From a virus (taxonomy: Duplodnaviria; Caudoviricetes), in the IMG/VR virus record IMGVR_UViG_2974673715_000001, positions 32,001-96,000 of that record: 64,000 nt of DNA; one strand, given 5' to 3'. Shown piece by piece: positions 25,096-37,400 of the stretch. The position numbers and the translations under genes are program-made. Every line of letters begins with the position of its first letter. Position 1 is the stretch's first letter. A model generated the notes under the pieces. The model made no database searches. It was not told where the DNA came from and saw nothing but the letters and a program-made list of their open reading frames with translations.

Positions 25096-25676
25096 TGGCA
25101 TTCATTCCAACAGCATCAGGAGCACTTGGTTGTGCATTATTCATGGGAACATGTACTGGACACGGAGCGGGAACAGGATCATCACATCATCCTGGTCTTG
25201 GTGGAGGAGTATTAAAAGGTTCTCCTTGTCCACACGCACCTCTTGATCCAAGAGTTTCTCCCAGACCAGTAGATGCGATGGATGCTACAACCATATGGCC
25301 TCCGCATCCGCAATTACCTTTTGCTGCATTAGTGCGGAATGTGATTGTTAATGGTATAATGCCTATTATCGATTTCGATCTTCTCATTACTCACCCTACT
25401 CCAACCTCTCATACTCATACAGTTGTTAAACCGCTTCCAAATGGTGTATGTGTTCATACTACATCTTCTCCTGCGTGGCACTGTACGGTAGGAACTGCGG
25501 GTGGTAGAGAAGCAGCACCAGGTCATGCTAGAAAATTACTCGCTACTAGTAAGACCGTATTCATCAATGGTCGTCGAGCAGGAAGGTTTGGTGATCCTCT
25601 AGGTGATGGTACCGTAGCGTTTCCGTGTAACTCGCGTGTTGCGGGTTGCAGTCCAAATGTATTCATAGGAGCTTAA
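25095..25676 (+). CDS. gp5.4: PAAR-like spike tip protein
   Basis: CTGHG...RNVIVNG...SKTVFINGRRAGRFGDPL...CSPNVFIG; upstream of gp25. Confidence 0.75.
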   Translation: MAFIPTASGALGCALFMGTCTGHGAGTGSSHHPGLGGGVLKGSPCPHAPLDPRVSPRPVDAMDATTIWPPHPQLPFAALVRNVIVNGIMPIIDFDLLITHPTPTSHTHTVVKPLPNGVCVHTTSSPAWHCTVGTAGGREAAPGHARKLLATSKTVFINGRRAGRFGDPLGDGTVAFPCNSRVAGCSPNVFIGA

Positions 25677-25678
25677 TT

Positions 25679-25816
25679 ATGGCAATGAGATTTCACTTGG
25701 GTAACACCATTGAGACAACCCCAAAGAAAACAAGACAAGGTAGAGGACAGCATACTAAGTATAGTGCTACCTCTCGTAACAAAGCAAAAAAGAGGTATCG
25801 TGGCCAAGGCAAATAG
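25679..25816 (+). CDS. Small very basic protein (45 aa, not in track)
   Basis: MAMRFHLGNTIETTPKKTRQGRGQHTKYSATSRNKAKKRYRGQGK. Confidence 0.75.
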   Translation: MAMRFHLGNTIETTPKKTRQGRGQHTKYSATSRNKAKKRYRGQGK

Positions 25817-25964
25817 AATTGTAGACGGTAAACGTAATGCAAACATTCCTGTAGACATGTCAGATCATTTTTATGATCATGGAAATGAATATTGTCGTTA
25901 TTTAATTACTGATCCACGTTCTGATAGATCAATTAGGAAAAAATCTGAAAAAGACGCTAAATAA
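25800..25964 (+). CDS. Small hypothetical protein (GTG start)
   Basis: GAGG RBS before GTG at 25800; ...PVDMSDHFYDHGNEYCRYLITDPRS. Confidence 0.6.
   Translation: MAKANRIVDGKRNANIPVDMSDHFYDHGNEYCRYLITDPRSDRSIRKKSEKDAK
25957..25963 (+). promoter_or_regulatory. Late promoter (CTAAATA)
   Basis: 22 nt upstream of gp25. Confidence 0.6.
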
Positions 25965-25985
25965 TACTGGCACTTCTCGTATTAG

Positions 25986-26405
25986 ATGGCGTTAAAGAAA
26001 ATATCAGGTAAAGATCAAAAGAGATCTCGTTCATTTACGGATCTCTCACTTGGTATGGTGAAAAATGCGAATACACAGGATGTTGCTGTCGTGAAAAATG
26101 ACAATGCAATCAAACAGGCGATCAAAAATCTAATTATGACCACGCCTGGTGAAAAACCATTTCAACCTCTAGTAGGATCTAATATATCAAAATTATTATT
26201 TGAACCTCTAGATGATTTTACAAGTGATGCTATCAAACAAGAGATCATAAATACGATTAATCGGTTTGAACCTCGCGTACGTTTGACAGGAGTTAGAGTA
26301 CAACCTCGTTATGATAGAAATACATTCAATGTAACGATTGTGTTTAAAATAGTTGGAATCCCAATCAACGAAACTATCGAGTTCGTATTACAGAGACCTG
26401 AATAA
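25986..26405 (+). CDS. gp25: Baseplate wedge subunit gp25
   Basis: AIKQAIKNLIMTTPGEKPFQPLVGS...LLFEP...INRFEPRV. Confidence 0.93.
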   Translation: MALKKISGKDQKRSRSFTDLSLGMVKNANTQDVAVVKNDNAIKQAIKNLIMTTPGEKPFQPLVGSNISKLLFEPLDDFTSDAIKQEIINTINRFEPRVRLTGVRVQPRYDRNTFNVTIVFKIVGIPINETIEFVLQRPE

Positions 26406-28432
26406 TGCAACCAAATAACCTCACAGCATTAGACTTTGAAGATATCAAAGCATCAATCAAATCCTATCTAAGAAGTCGGAACGAATTTACGGATTATGAC
26501 TTTGAAGGATCTTCTTTATCGTATCTTATCGACACATTAGCGTATAATTCATATTATACTGCATTTAATGCTAATATGGCGATGAACGAGGCATTTTTGC
26601 CTTCTGCTACTATTAGAGATAATGTTGTTAACGTTGCAAAACTTTTAAATTACGTTCCACGTTCAATTACTTCATCTAGAGCATGCTTAAAACTAGATGT
26701 ACAAACAACACAGACTGCAGGAGCATATCCTAGCAGCATAACATTAAAAAAAGGTGCTATTGCATCTGGTGGAAATTATATTTTTAACATTTTAGAAGAT
26801 ATTACAACTACTGTCAGTCCTAGCACAGGTATTGGCACTTTTGACAATGTAATGATCATGGAAGGTAGTATAGTTACCTTCCAATACATTGTTAATACCT
26901 TTGCAACTCAGGTTTATAAAGTCCCTTCCGAAGATGCAGACATTTCTACTCTTAGTGTAAGAGTAAAACCTAACGAATCATCTACAACATCAGACTTATA
27001 CAGTTTGACTGATACAATCACTGATTTGACTGCAACTACTCGTGCATACTTCCTCAGTGAAGGTGAAGATATGCGTTATGAGGTAAAATTTGGTGATGAT
27101 ACTGCAGGTAGAGCATTAAAAGATGGAGAAGTCGTACTTTTAGAGTATTTGGTTACTTCTGGAACAGAAGCAAATGAAATTACAACATTTTCGTTCATAG
27201 GACAGATTACAGACAATATTGGAGGTGCCTATAGTGGCACATCAGTCACTTTGAGCATGAAAGAGAAGTCACAACTCGGTGCTGCAGCAGAAACTTTAGA
27301 ATCTATTAAATATAATGCACCAAGATACTACTCTGCACAATACAGAGCAGTAACAGCACAAGATTATGCATTAATTGCTAAAAAAGTGTATTCTAACGCT
27401 GATTCTGTTGTTGCATATGGTGGGGACTCTTTAAATCCCCCAATTTACGGAAAAGTCTTTATTGCAATTCAAACCAAAACTGGTTCTTTACTTAATGACG
27501 CAACTAAAAAGTCAATTTCTGCAGATTTAAGAAAATATGCTATGGCATCAATTGATCCTGTAGTTATTGACCCAGAACAGATGTATTTGTATTTGAAAGT
27601 CTTTGCACAATACGATCCTGGCACTGCATCTAATACTTCCGATATCAAAACTAATATTCAGAACGGAATTAACGATTGGGCAACACAAACTCAGATTAAT
27701 AACTTTAATTCTACATTCAGAGCACAAGCATTTGAAAAAGCGGTGACTTTATCCGATAATAGTTTGAGTGATGTGTCTTTACAACTTTCTATCTTAAAAT
27801 ACATCTATCCAAACACAAATCAGACTAATACTTACTGTATTGCTACTGGTGCGGATCTATATGATAGTGCTCCAAGCAATTCCGATGGAACTACTTGTAA
27901 AAAAGAACCTATATTGCTTTCAGGACCTTTTAGAACAGCAGATAGACCAGGAATTGATCAACAGTTTGAAGATGATGGTTTTGGCAACTTAAGAACATTT
28001 TATAACACTGGTAATAAGAAAGTATATACAAATAATGCTGCAGGAACTGTAAATTATGCTACAGGTCAAATTTGTTTTGGTCCTGTTAATATAATTGGTT
28101 CAGGTGTCAATACACCTCCAACTGGATCTATAACAATTACAGATTCAACAACTGGTGCAGGTTCCGTAACAAATGCAGATCTACTTCCTACAGGTCTTCA
28201 GATTCCTGTTCTGTTTATTCCTGCAAACGTTGCATCTATTCCTGCTGCAACACCAGGAACTATTATCAATATTATAAACCCAGAGGTTACAGTTGTCCCA
28301 GTAGGTACGATTCCGCCTCCAACAATACCTCTAAATAGTTTGACGCCATCAGTGTTTAATACGGTTCCCACAACTATTACTGTTGCTGATATCTCAAACG
28401 CAGGTGATCTAACATCCTCTTCTTGCTTCTAG
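26405..28432 (+). CDS. gp6: Baseplate wedge subunit gp6
   Basis: LDFEDIKASIKSYL...DYDFEGSSLSYLIDTLAYN...FGDD...RAVTAQDY. Confidence 0.93.
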   Translation: MQPNNLTALDFEDIKASIKSYLRSRNEFTDYDFEGSSLSYLIDTLAYNSYYTAFNANMAMNEAFLPSATIRDNVVNVAKLLNYVPRSITSSRACLKLDVQTTQTAGAYPSSITLKKGAIASGGNYIFNILEDITTTVSPSTGIGTFDNVMIMEGSIVTFQYIVNTFATQVYKVPSEDADISTLSVRVKPNESSTTSDLYSLTDTITDLTATTRAYFLSEGEDMRYEVKFGDDTAGRALKDGEVVLLEYLVTSGTEANEITTFSFIGQITDNIGGAYSGTSVTLSMKEKSQLGAAAETLESIKYNAPRYYSAQYRAVTAQDYALIAKKVYSNADSVVAYGGDSLNPPIYGKVFIAIQTKTGSLLNDATKKSISADLRKYAMASIDPVVIDPEQMYLYLKVFAQYDPGTASNTSDIKTNIQNGINDWATQTQINNFNSTFRAQAFEKAVTLSDNSLSDVSLQLSILKYIYPNTNQTNTYCIATGADLYDSAPSNSDGTTCKKEPILLSGPFRTADRPGIDQQFEDDGFGNLRTFYNTGNKKVYTNNAAGTVNYATGQICFGPVNIIGSGVNTPPTGSITITDSTTGAGSVTNADLLPTGLQIPVLFIPANVASIPAATPGTIINIINPEVTVVPVGTIPPPTIPLNSLTPSVFNTVPTTITVADISNAGDLTSSSCF

Positions 28433-28438
28433 GTGTAG

Positions 28439-31400
28439 ATGAACATTAATAAGGTCTCTCAGTCAGTTGTTTCACAGACTCCAGATTTTATTGGAAACGA
28501 TTATCCATTATTCAATAAATTTATTGAATATTACTATCGTTCTCAAGAAAAAACTGGTTTAGGGCAGAATATTGTCAATGAGTTTTTACAATATCTTGAT
28601 ATTGATAAACTTAACATCGATATTCTTGATGGTGCTACAAAGTTGGTTGAATCGACAACTACAACTGCTGATGAGATAGTAGTTGAAAGTATTGACAGTT
28701 TTTTAACTAAAGATGGTTCTGTTTTAATTGGTAATGAAGTAGTTTACTATGAATCTACTACAGCATCACCAAACATTGCTCTCAGTCCTGGTATTTCTTA
28801 CGAGCAAGTAAAATTAAAGTGGACAACTCTTGCAAGTCTTCTAGATTCCTTTGATGGTACTACAGTTAGGTTTAATTTAACATCTCAGGATAGTCCAGTA
28901 GCAGCACCTTCTGCACAACACTTAATTGTTTCTCTTTACGGAAAAATATTAACACCTGGTATTGATTACACAGTTGATGGCACTGCTATTGTCTTTACTA
29001 CTGCTCCTAGGACAAGAATTCCTGCAGATGACTCAACTTCAACTTATATTACATATCAAAGTGGTTTTGTTGAGAATACAATTGTTGAAATAGATAATTT
29101 ATCTGGTTCTTTCGGTGAAGGTAAGAGACAGTTTACCATGACAAGAAATGGTTCTCCTTATGAACCTGTTGTAGGTGAATATGTCTTAGCAATTTACGAT
29201 CAACGTCTATTAGTTCCCAAAGTAGACTTCTTTATTGATAAAGATCAGTTCATTTTTCTTACAGCACCTCTCAATGGAAGATTTCTCTCACTATACTCAA
29301 TTGAAGCACCTATTCCTTCATTTGGATCTGGTGCTCTGGGGTACTCTCGTGTTGACGATAATGGAACTTTAACTAGCGTTTCTGTAAAAGAAAATGGTAG
29401 TAATTATCGTTTTGAATACCCTCCTAAAGTCACTATCAACTCTGCTGCAGGTAGCGGTGCTTCTGTAACTGCACTTGTAAATGGTATTAAGACTTTATCA
29501 CTTTTAGAAGGTGGTAAAGGATACAGCGATACTAACCCTCCTGTAGTTCAAGTTCAATCACCAACAAAACCTGGTTCTGTAGCAGCAACTCTTAAAGCAA
29601 CTGTAACTAACGGTAGTGTTTCTGGGATAGAAGTTATTAGTTCTGGTAGTGGATATACATTTACACCTAGAATCACTTTCAAGCAACCTGGCGGTGCTAT
29701 ACTAGGCACCTGTCCTATTGTAGGGGGTCAGGTATCAGGAACTATTCCTATTACTGATGGTGGTTTTGGATATACTACAGTCCCCACAATTTATATTGAT
29801 GAACCAACGGGAACTAATCCTATTAGAGCAACTCTAACTCCTGTATTGACTGATGGCGTAATAACTTCTATTACAATTACTAATGCAGGTCAAGGATACA
29901 TCACTACTCCTAGAATATCTGTAGTTGATCCAGTTGGTGCACAGGTCTTGTCTACAACTGTGGATTCAAATGGGCGTCTTGTAGGAATTGAATTATTAGA
30001 TGGTGGTAGCGGATATGATGACGTACCTTCTGTTTATGTCGTAGATAATAGAGTAGATGCGACAGGAGCATATGCGGGCGGAACTGGTGCTACTGCAACT
30101 GCTGCTATATTCAACGGTAGAATTACTGATATTAATATTACTGCTTTTGGTTCTGGTTATAGTGCTGCAAATCCTCCTGAGATTGTAATCCAAGCACCTC
30201 CTCAGGCAAAAGCATCTGCAACAGTTGGTCTTAATGAAGTTACTGGATTTAAAGTAAATCAGTCAGGTAAAGGATATTCAAAATCAAAACTAGTTGGTTG
30301 TGCAAGAGCAGCAAGTGGTATTACTTCTTATACTGAAGATGGTAACGCTGTATTTACAAATAACACTACAGCAGCAGCACATGCGATTAATTCTGATGTA
30401 AAATGTCTAGATGCTTTATTTGTAAAACGTTTACTAGACAAATACACTGAACAGTTTTTACCTGATGTTCCAGAACTAGATTATAAAAAAATTGATGTTA
30501 GAACAGCAATCAAGACAATTAAAGATTTCTATACTGCAAAAGGAACATCTTTCAGTATTAGTTACCTCTTTAAACTGCTATATGGTGAACAGGTAAGTAT
30601 TACTTATCCAAAAGATCAAATTATCAAACCCTCTGCAGCAACATGGTCTATTGACACTATTTTGCGTGCAACTTTGGTAAGTGGAGATCCTACCAATATT
30701 AGAGACGGTTTATTAACTCAAGATGCTGATATTGCTGATGTTAACGTGGCAGCAGCGAGTGCTTTGATTGAAAACTATATTTCTATTAAAACTTCTGACG
30801 TAGAAATTTTTGAACTTGTTCTTTCTGAAGAAACTATCACAGGTTCTTTTACAGTTCCTTATAAAACAAAACTTGCTGAACCTTTAGGCACTGAAGACAG
30901 TATTATCACTGTTGACTCTACAATTGGTTGGCCAGAGAGAAACGGTGAGTTTTTAATCGGAAATAGTGAAGTTGTAAGATATAAAGAAAAATCACTCAAC
31001 CAGTTTATTGAGTGTACACGTTCTGTTAATAATATTGTTGAAGATTGGGATTCTGCTACCGAGGTTGCTTCTAACTTCTCAGTTTTCGTTAACAAAGGCA
31101 CTCCTCAGGAAGTTGTCATGAAAATTGTTGGTATCGTTGATGCTCAACAAACAACTCTTACTGATACTGGTTCATATTACTTACCTGGTGATAAATTAAC
31201 AGTTTCTAAGTTGGGTGGAACAGGAACTAATGCTGAACTTACAACTTGGTTGTATAACGTTAAAAAATTAATTAATATCAGTAGTATTACGTTTGGTGGT
31301 GTTAATAATCAGTCCGCAACTGTAACTTGTGCTAATAATCATGGTCTCTTAGTTGGAGATCAGGTTACAATCTATGGTGCTAACCCAATCATCTATAATG

Positions 31401-34400
31401 GAACTTTCTTAGTTACATCTAGAGATAGTAATACAGTATTCCAATATCAATTACCACAACCTGCTACAGTCGTACCTCAAGGTAATATTCTTGTATCTGT
31501 TGACCTCAATAAAGGTAAGTCTGATGATACAGCTGTTTTAAATTCTATCGGACCTTACACAACTAATATTCAAAACTCTTTCTTCAATAATAACTACGTT
31601 TACGTTGCTTCTACAGGTATACCCAACTATAAGATCGGTCCGTTTCCTGGTTCTGCTCTTTTGCCAGGTAACCAACGTAAATTGAACCGTTTCCCATTAG
31701 CGGTAACTACAATTTCTACAAAAAATAATATTTCACCTGGTCCTATTGGAACATGGGTAAATGGTGTTTCTATATGGTCTTATAAGTCTACAATCAAGAA
31801 AACTTTTGGTGCTGTTACTGATATCACTATTTCTAACGCAGGTTCTGGATATGATGCTGCTTCTCCTCCAAATATCACAATTTCTGGTGGTGGAGGAACT
31901 GGTGCCACATCTAGTGTAACTGTTAATGGATCTGTTAATGAAATTACTGTAACTGCAGGTGGATCTGGATATACTTCTTCTCCTCTAGTTTCTATCGCAG
32001 GTGGTGGTGGATCAGGTGCTTCTGCAACTGCAATCATCACTAAAGGTGTTGTATCTAGAGTTTTGATTAACGATGGTGGAACAGGATATACATCTCAACC
32101 TACTATTACTATTGTTGGTGGTGGAGGAACTGGTGCTACTGGAACTGCATCTGTTCGAGGTCCTATTCAAGATGTAACTGTATCCAATGGTGGTGCGTCT
32201 TATACTTCAAATCCTACTGTCACACTAAGTTCTGGTAGTGGTGCTGTTGCTCAAGCAATCGTTCAGAATGGTCGTATTATCTCTATCGCTATTATTTCTG
32301 CAGGTTCTGGATATACTACTGCTCCTACAATTGATATTCAAGGAGAAGGTTTCGGTGCTGTTGCTCGTGCAACGATTGATGTTGATGGTGAAAATGCAGG
32401 TAGAGTTACTGGTATCGAAATTGTCAATAGAGGTATTGGATATATTCAAGGTACGACTTTAATTAATTTAAACTCTGTTGGTTCTGGTGCAACATTTACA
32501 GCAAACGTATTCCAATGGACTTATAACTTACAAGAAACATCTACTCTTGATGCTGCAAAGGGCGGAGTATTTGAAGGATTTAATAATCAATATGGTGGTG
32601 AATATGCTCACTTATCAAACCCACAAAGATTAAGATATCTTCTTGGTGATAATTTATTTGAAAATAATGCAGGATTAGTCAAAGAGCAAGAAACTCAATT
32701 AGCACACTCACCTATTATTGGTTGGGCATTTGATGGTAACCCAATTTATGGTCCATATGGTTACTCAGATCCTACTGATCAGAACTCTGCTATTGCTAAA
32801 TTAAACACATCTTATCAACTTAAAGCAGAACTTGTATATAATGCTGTTACAAACCAAAATCCTGTTAGAACAGCAGGCCCTCTTCTTTCTGAAGAATCTG
32901 CAGGTAGGTTTGTTGAAGATTATCAATATGTTTTTGGTCAGGGTGATTTAGATCAATATAATGGTCGTTTCTGTAAGACACCTGATTATCCTGATGGTAG
33001 ATATTGCTATTTTGTAACTATTGATTCTACTGAAGATGGTAATCCTCTATTCCCATATGTTCTTGGTCCTAGTTTCAACTCTGTTGTAGATACTTGGAAT
33101 TTAAGTGCTGATGCTGTTCAACAAAATATTCCTACTGGTGTTGTTAGATATCGTGATCCATATGAGAACGTTGATATTGACGTTGAGAGGGCACCAAATG
33201 CCTCTACAAACGCTATAACCCTAGAGAATGGTGATATACTACTATTTGAAGTGGAAGACGAAGATAGAAGTGGTATTATTGATCAGGATGAAACTGATGA
33301 TCCAGATCAGGTTTTTGAAGAATCTCCATTACAATTATTTGATTATTTCCCTAAAGTAAAACTTGATTCTAAAGTTGACATTGAAGTTGAGACAATTACT
33401 AAATTTGAAGATGCATCTGTAACAGGATTTACTATTGAAAATGCAGGTGTTAGTTATCAGGTAAATGATAGATTAGTATTTGATAATACTGATACTGATG
33501 GTTCTGGAGTTTCTGCTCGTGTTTCTAGAATCAAAGGTGAATCAGTATTAACTTATGGTTTTGAGAATACTAGTGGTATAAATTATGGTCTTCTTAAAAC
33601 TACAAATCCTCATAATTTAGTTGCAGGTGATACAGTATTTGTTGATTATTCTCCTGTAATGGACAATACTAATAAGTCTTATATCGTACGTCAATATAAA
33701 GGTATTGAGGAGATTCAAATTGATCAAACTGGATCTGGTTACAACACAGATATTCCTCCAACAATTATTATTGATGGTAATGGATCTGACGGTAGTCTTG
33801 AAGCAGTTGTTACTAGTGTAGGTTCTATTGACACTGTTAATATTCTTAATTCTGGTTCTGGATATACTTCCAATCCTAGAGTTATCTTATCTCACCCACA
33901 GGTATTCAAAAAAGCAGATTACTATGTTTCATTGATTGAAAATGAAAATTATGCATCTGTAAATGATGTATATGTGAATGATAATAAGGAAGTCTACATT
34001 TGTGGTAAAACACACGACATATCTGATAATCTTGTTGCTTTTGTTGCAAAACTTTCTGCAACTGGTGTTAAAGAATGGGAAGCAACTTTAGAACTAACTG
34101 GTGGTTTAGATGATGCAGAATTCCAAAAGTTATATGTTGATGGTAAGGATATTTGGGTTGCAGGTAGAAACTATCCTAACTCTTCTCTTTTAAATGCATA
34201 CAATCCAGATATTATCTTAGTTAAGTATGTTGAGGCAGAAAATGGTCTTAGTGCAACACTGAATTTCCAAAGAGCATATGCAGGTATTTCTGGATCTACT
34301 CGTTCAGATGAAATTACTGCACTTAAAAAATTCTCTGATACTAGATTTGTTATTGGTGGATATACAAATACCAACTCTGCTAATCCTTACGATGCTTTTA

Positions 34401-37400
34401 TTGCTCTAGTTGATACTACTGGAACTTTTGCTATTAAGAGAAAACTTACATCAGCAAATAGTTCTGAAAAGATTACTGATATTGTAGTTAATGGAAGTGA
34501 TGTATATTTCTCTATGGAGATTGCATCTAGTGTTTCTGCAACTGCAGTTGATGTTGGTTTTGGTAAAGCAACTATTGGAACTAGTGCAATTACAATTCCT
34601 TATATCAAACAGATTAGTAATACAGTGTATTCTTTCTTGAATACTAGTATTGCAATGGATGAATTTGATGAGGCATATATTACTGCTACAACTAGACTCA
34701 AATCTGATAATACAACTACAACTGGTTTCTGGGTAGGTAAATTTAATACAACTGGCGATGTAATTTACAATAAGAGATATGCTGTTGCAGGTGGATCTAT
34801 TACTGCAGCAAGTAAGTGTGTTATTGATATATTTGGTGATCTTAACGTAGCAGTTAGTAAAATTGCTACAACTGATTCAGTGCGAACTGCAGAGTGTATT
34901 AAAATCGGATATAATGGTATAATTAAGAGTCATACAACTCAACAGTTTAATCTTAATAATATTGAAGGTATTACTGTAAATTCTCTTGCTGTTGATAACT
35001 CTGGAGATGTTCATCTATTTGGTCAAACTTCTTGGAATAGGAATGAATTTATTTTCCCATTCACATCTGGATCTAATGCTGATACAACTGGTCATTATAC
35101 TTTAACATCTACATCAACTAATAACTCTATCACTTATGCTGATAATGTTGCTAAGATTTATGGTTACAACCCTGCAGGATCTAACTCTACCTGGGTAAAT
35201 TCACATCTTAAAATTACTTCTGCTCAGTTAGGAACAAAATTAAATGAGAATTGGACTATTGAATTTGGACTTTATAAAGAAGCAAGTTCTTCTCAAACAT
35301 TATCTCAAACACAACAAACATTAGTTTCTATTGGTGATGCTGAAGACGCTACAGGTGGTCTTTGGTTATACTATGATGTTTCTAGTGGAAAACTAGAATT
35401 AGTAGTTACAAATAATACTACTAAATTAAATTCTGCAGGATCTGCACTTCAGTCTACATTAACTACAATGTTTGCTGATAATACATGGCAATACATTGGA
35501 CTTAAGAAAGAAGGTAATCAGTTTACTGCATATGTAAATGGAATTCAAGCATTTACAGGAAGTGTTTCTAATACAGCATTAAACGGTAAAGATCTTCTCT
35601 TTGGTCAAATTACTGGTAGAGATGGAACTGCAGGAACTATTCGTAAGAATGAGCAAGGTCAATACTTTATTGATCATCTCAGACTTAGAAATAGAGCAAT
35701 CACTCCTAGCGTACCTAGTGATGTTACTGCATTCCCAACTACAGGTGCTTTTGCCTTTGCATATACTTGGGTTGATAGTGGATGGTTTACTACTAACCTT
35801 TCTAAGTATGATTATATTGATTACATTGGTTGGGGTCTTAAGATTGATAAAAATGCTGATGCTGCAAGAATTGGAACTCAAACTGTTCAAACTAATACTC
35901 AAGTTGGATTTGTTAGAACAAGTGTAAGTGCTGTAACAGGTGTAGATCTTACTGTTACTAATACTGGTTTTGCTTTAGGTGATGCAGGATTCCAAAATCT
36001 AGACTTTGATGATTCAGCAACCACTATGAATGCGGGCACTGAGTCACTTACTTATAAGCAGGATATCTGGAGTTCTAGAACTGCAACTGTTCCTTCACCA
36101 GGTTCTAGAAAACTTAAGGTTACTGCTATTGTTAGAGACAGATATTACTTTAAAGTAACTCCAACATCTAAGATTGATAATATTCAAGAACTTACAATTA
36201 ATCAATCATTTAACTTTACTGTAGGAACAAAATTAAAATTAGTAAATGCTACTTCTGGAGCATTTATTAATAGTGGTTACATTATTTCTACTGACAATGT
36301 TAATAATAAAATATTCCTTTCTGTTAATAATAATGGTTGGTCTGATGATTTGAATCAGGGTCAATTAGTTACAGAGCAATTTAGTGAACAGTCTACTTAT
36401 GGCATTGTAGGTCCTATTCCTGCAGATGTTAATGAAATTGAAGGATATAATTTTGCACAAGTAAATAACACAACACCAGGCACATTTGATATTGATCTTG
36501 ACAAGTATAATTTAGATGGAACTTATAATGCTGCAGGTGGACAGAATTTAGATAGTTTTGCAAAATTCAAACCACATAGTGATATTGATTATGCGATTAG
36601 AATTGATGAAGTTTCTCCATCAGGATCTCCGTTTATTGTTGGATCTGTAGTCACAATCACTTCCTCAGATATTAGTTTTAATTCTGCATACTCTACAGCA
36701 CAAATTACCAACCTAACTGGTGTTTTAAAGATCACTGTAATTGCAAACTTAACTAAGATTTTACAAGTTACTGCAGTTACAAATAGTGATCAAGTTTATG
36801 TAATTACAGGAACTAATCATTACCTATCTACTGGATCAATGATTTATGTTGATGGTAATCCTACTCAAACTATTGGTTCTACCACATATGATGAATATGA
36901 TGGATCTTTTGCAGTTTCTCAAATTGTTAGTGCCAGAGAATTTGTATATAAACTTCCTAGTGCTGCATTAACTTCACCTGCTACCACAGCAGCAAATGTT
37001 AGCATCTACGTTAAGTCTCCCGTTCTTAAAATGTATTATGGGCATCAATACTTGTTTGATGTCAGTCATTCCTCAATGAGCGGTGGTAACTTATCTTTCT
37101 CTAAAGATCCTTTAAACAAATTAGAATATTCCTTCAACTCTATTGAACGTGTTGGAACACCTGGTCTTACAGGAGCAGGAAATCCTACTCCTACTGTAAA
37201 ACTTAAAGTTGATGAGGGTATTGTTACAAATATTTCTTATTACTTTGATCCCTCTAGAACTGGTGCTGATTCTCCTGTTTCTGATGGAAGTTATCTTGAT
37301 GTTACTGACTCTCCTTACAAGGGTACGTTCTCAGTTCAGTCTGTTCAAGGTGCTACTATTACTCGTGGTGCTGATATTATTAGATTTCCTCTTCTCAACG

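Noticed and set aside
25710-25964. 84-aa ORF as given by the track
   Set aside because: Its 5' part overlaps the better-supported 25679-25816 gene; a GTG start with RBS at 25800 is more plausible
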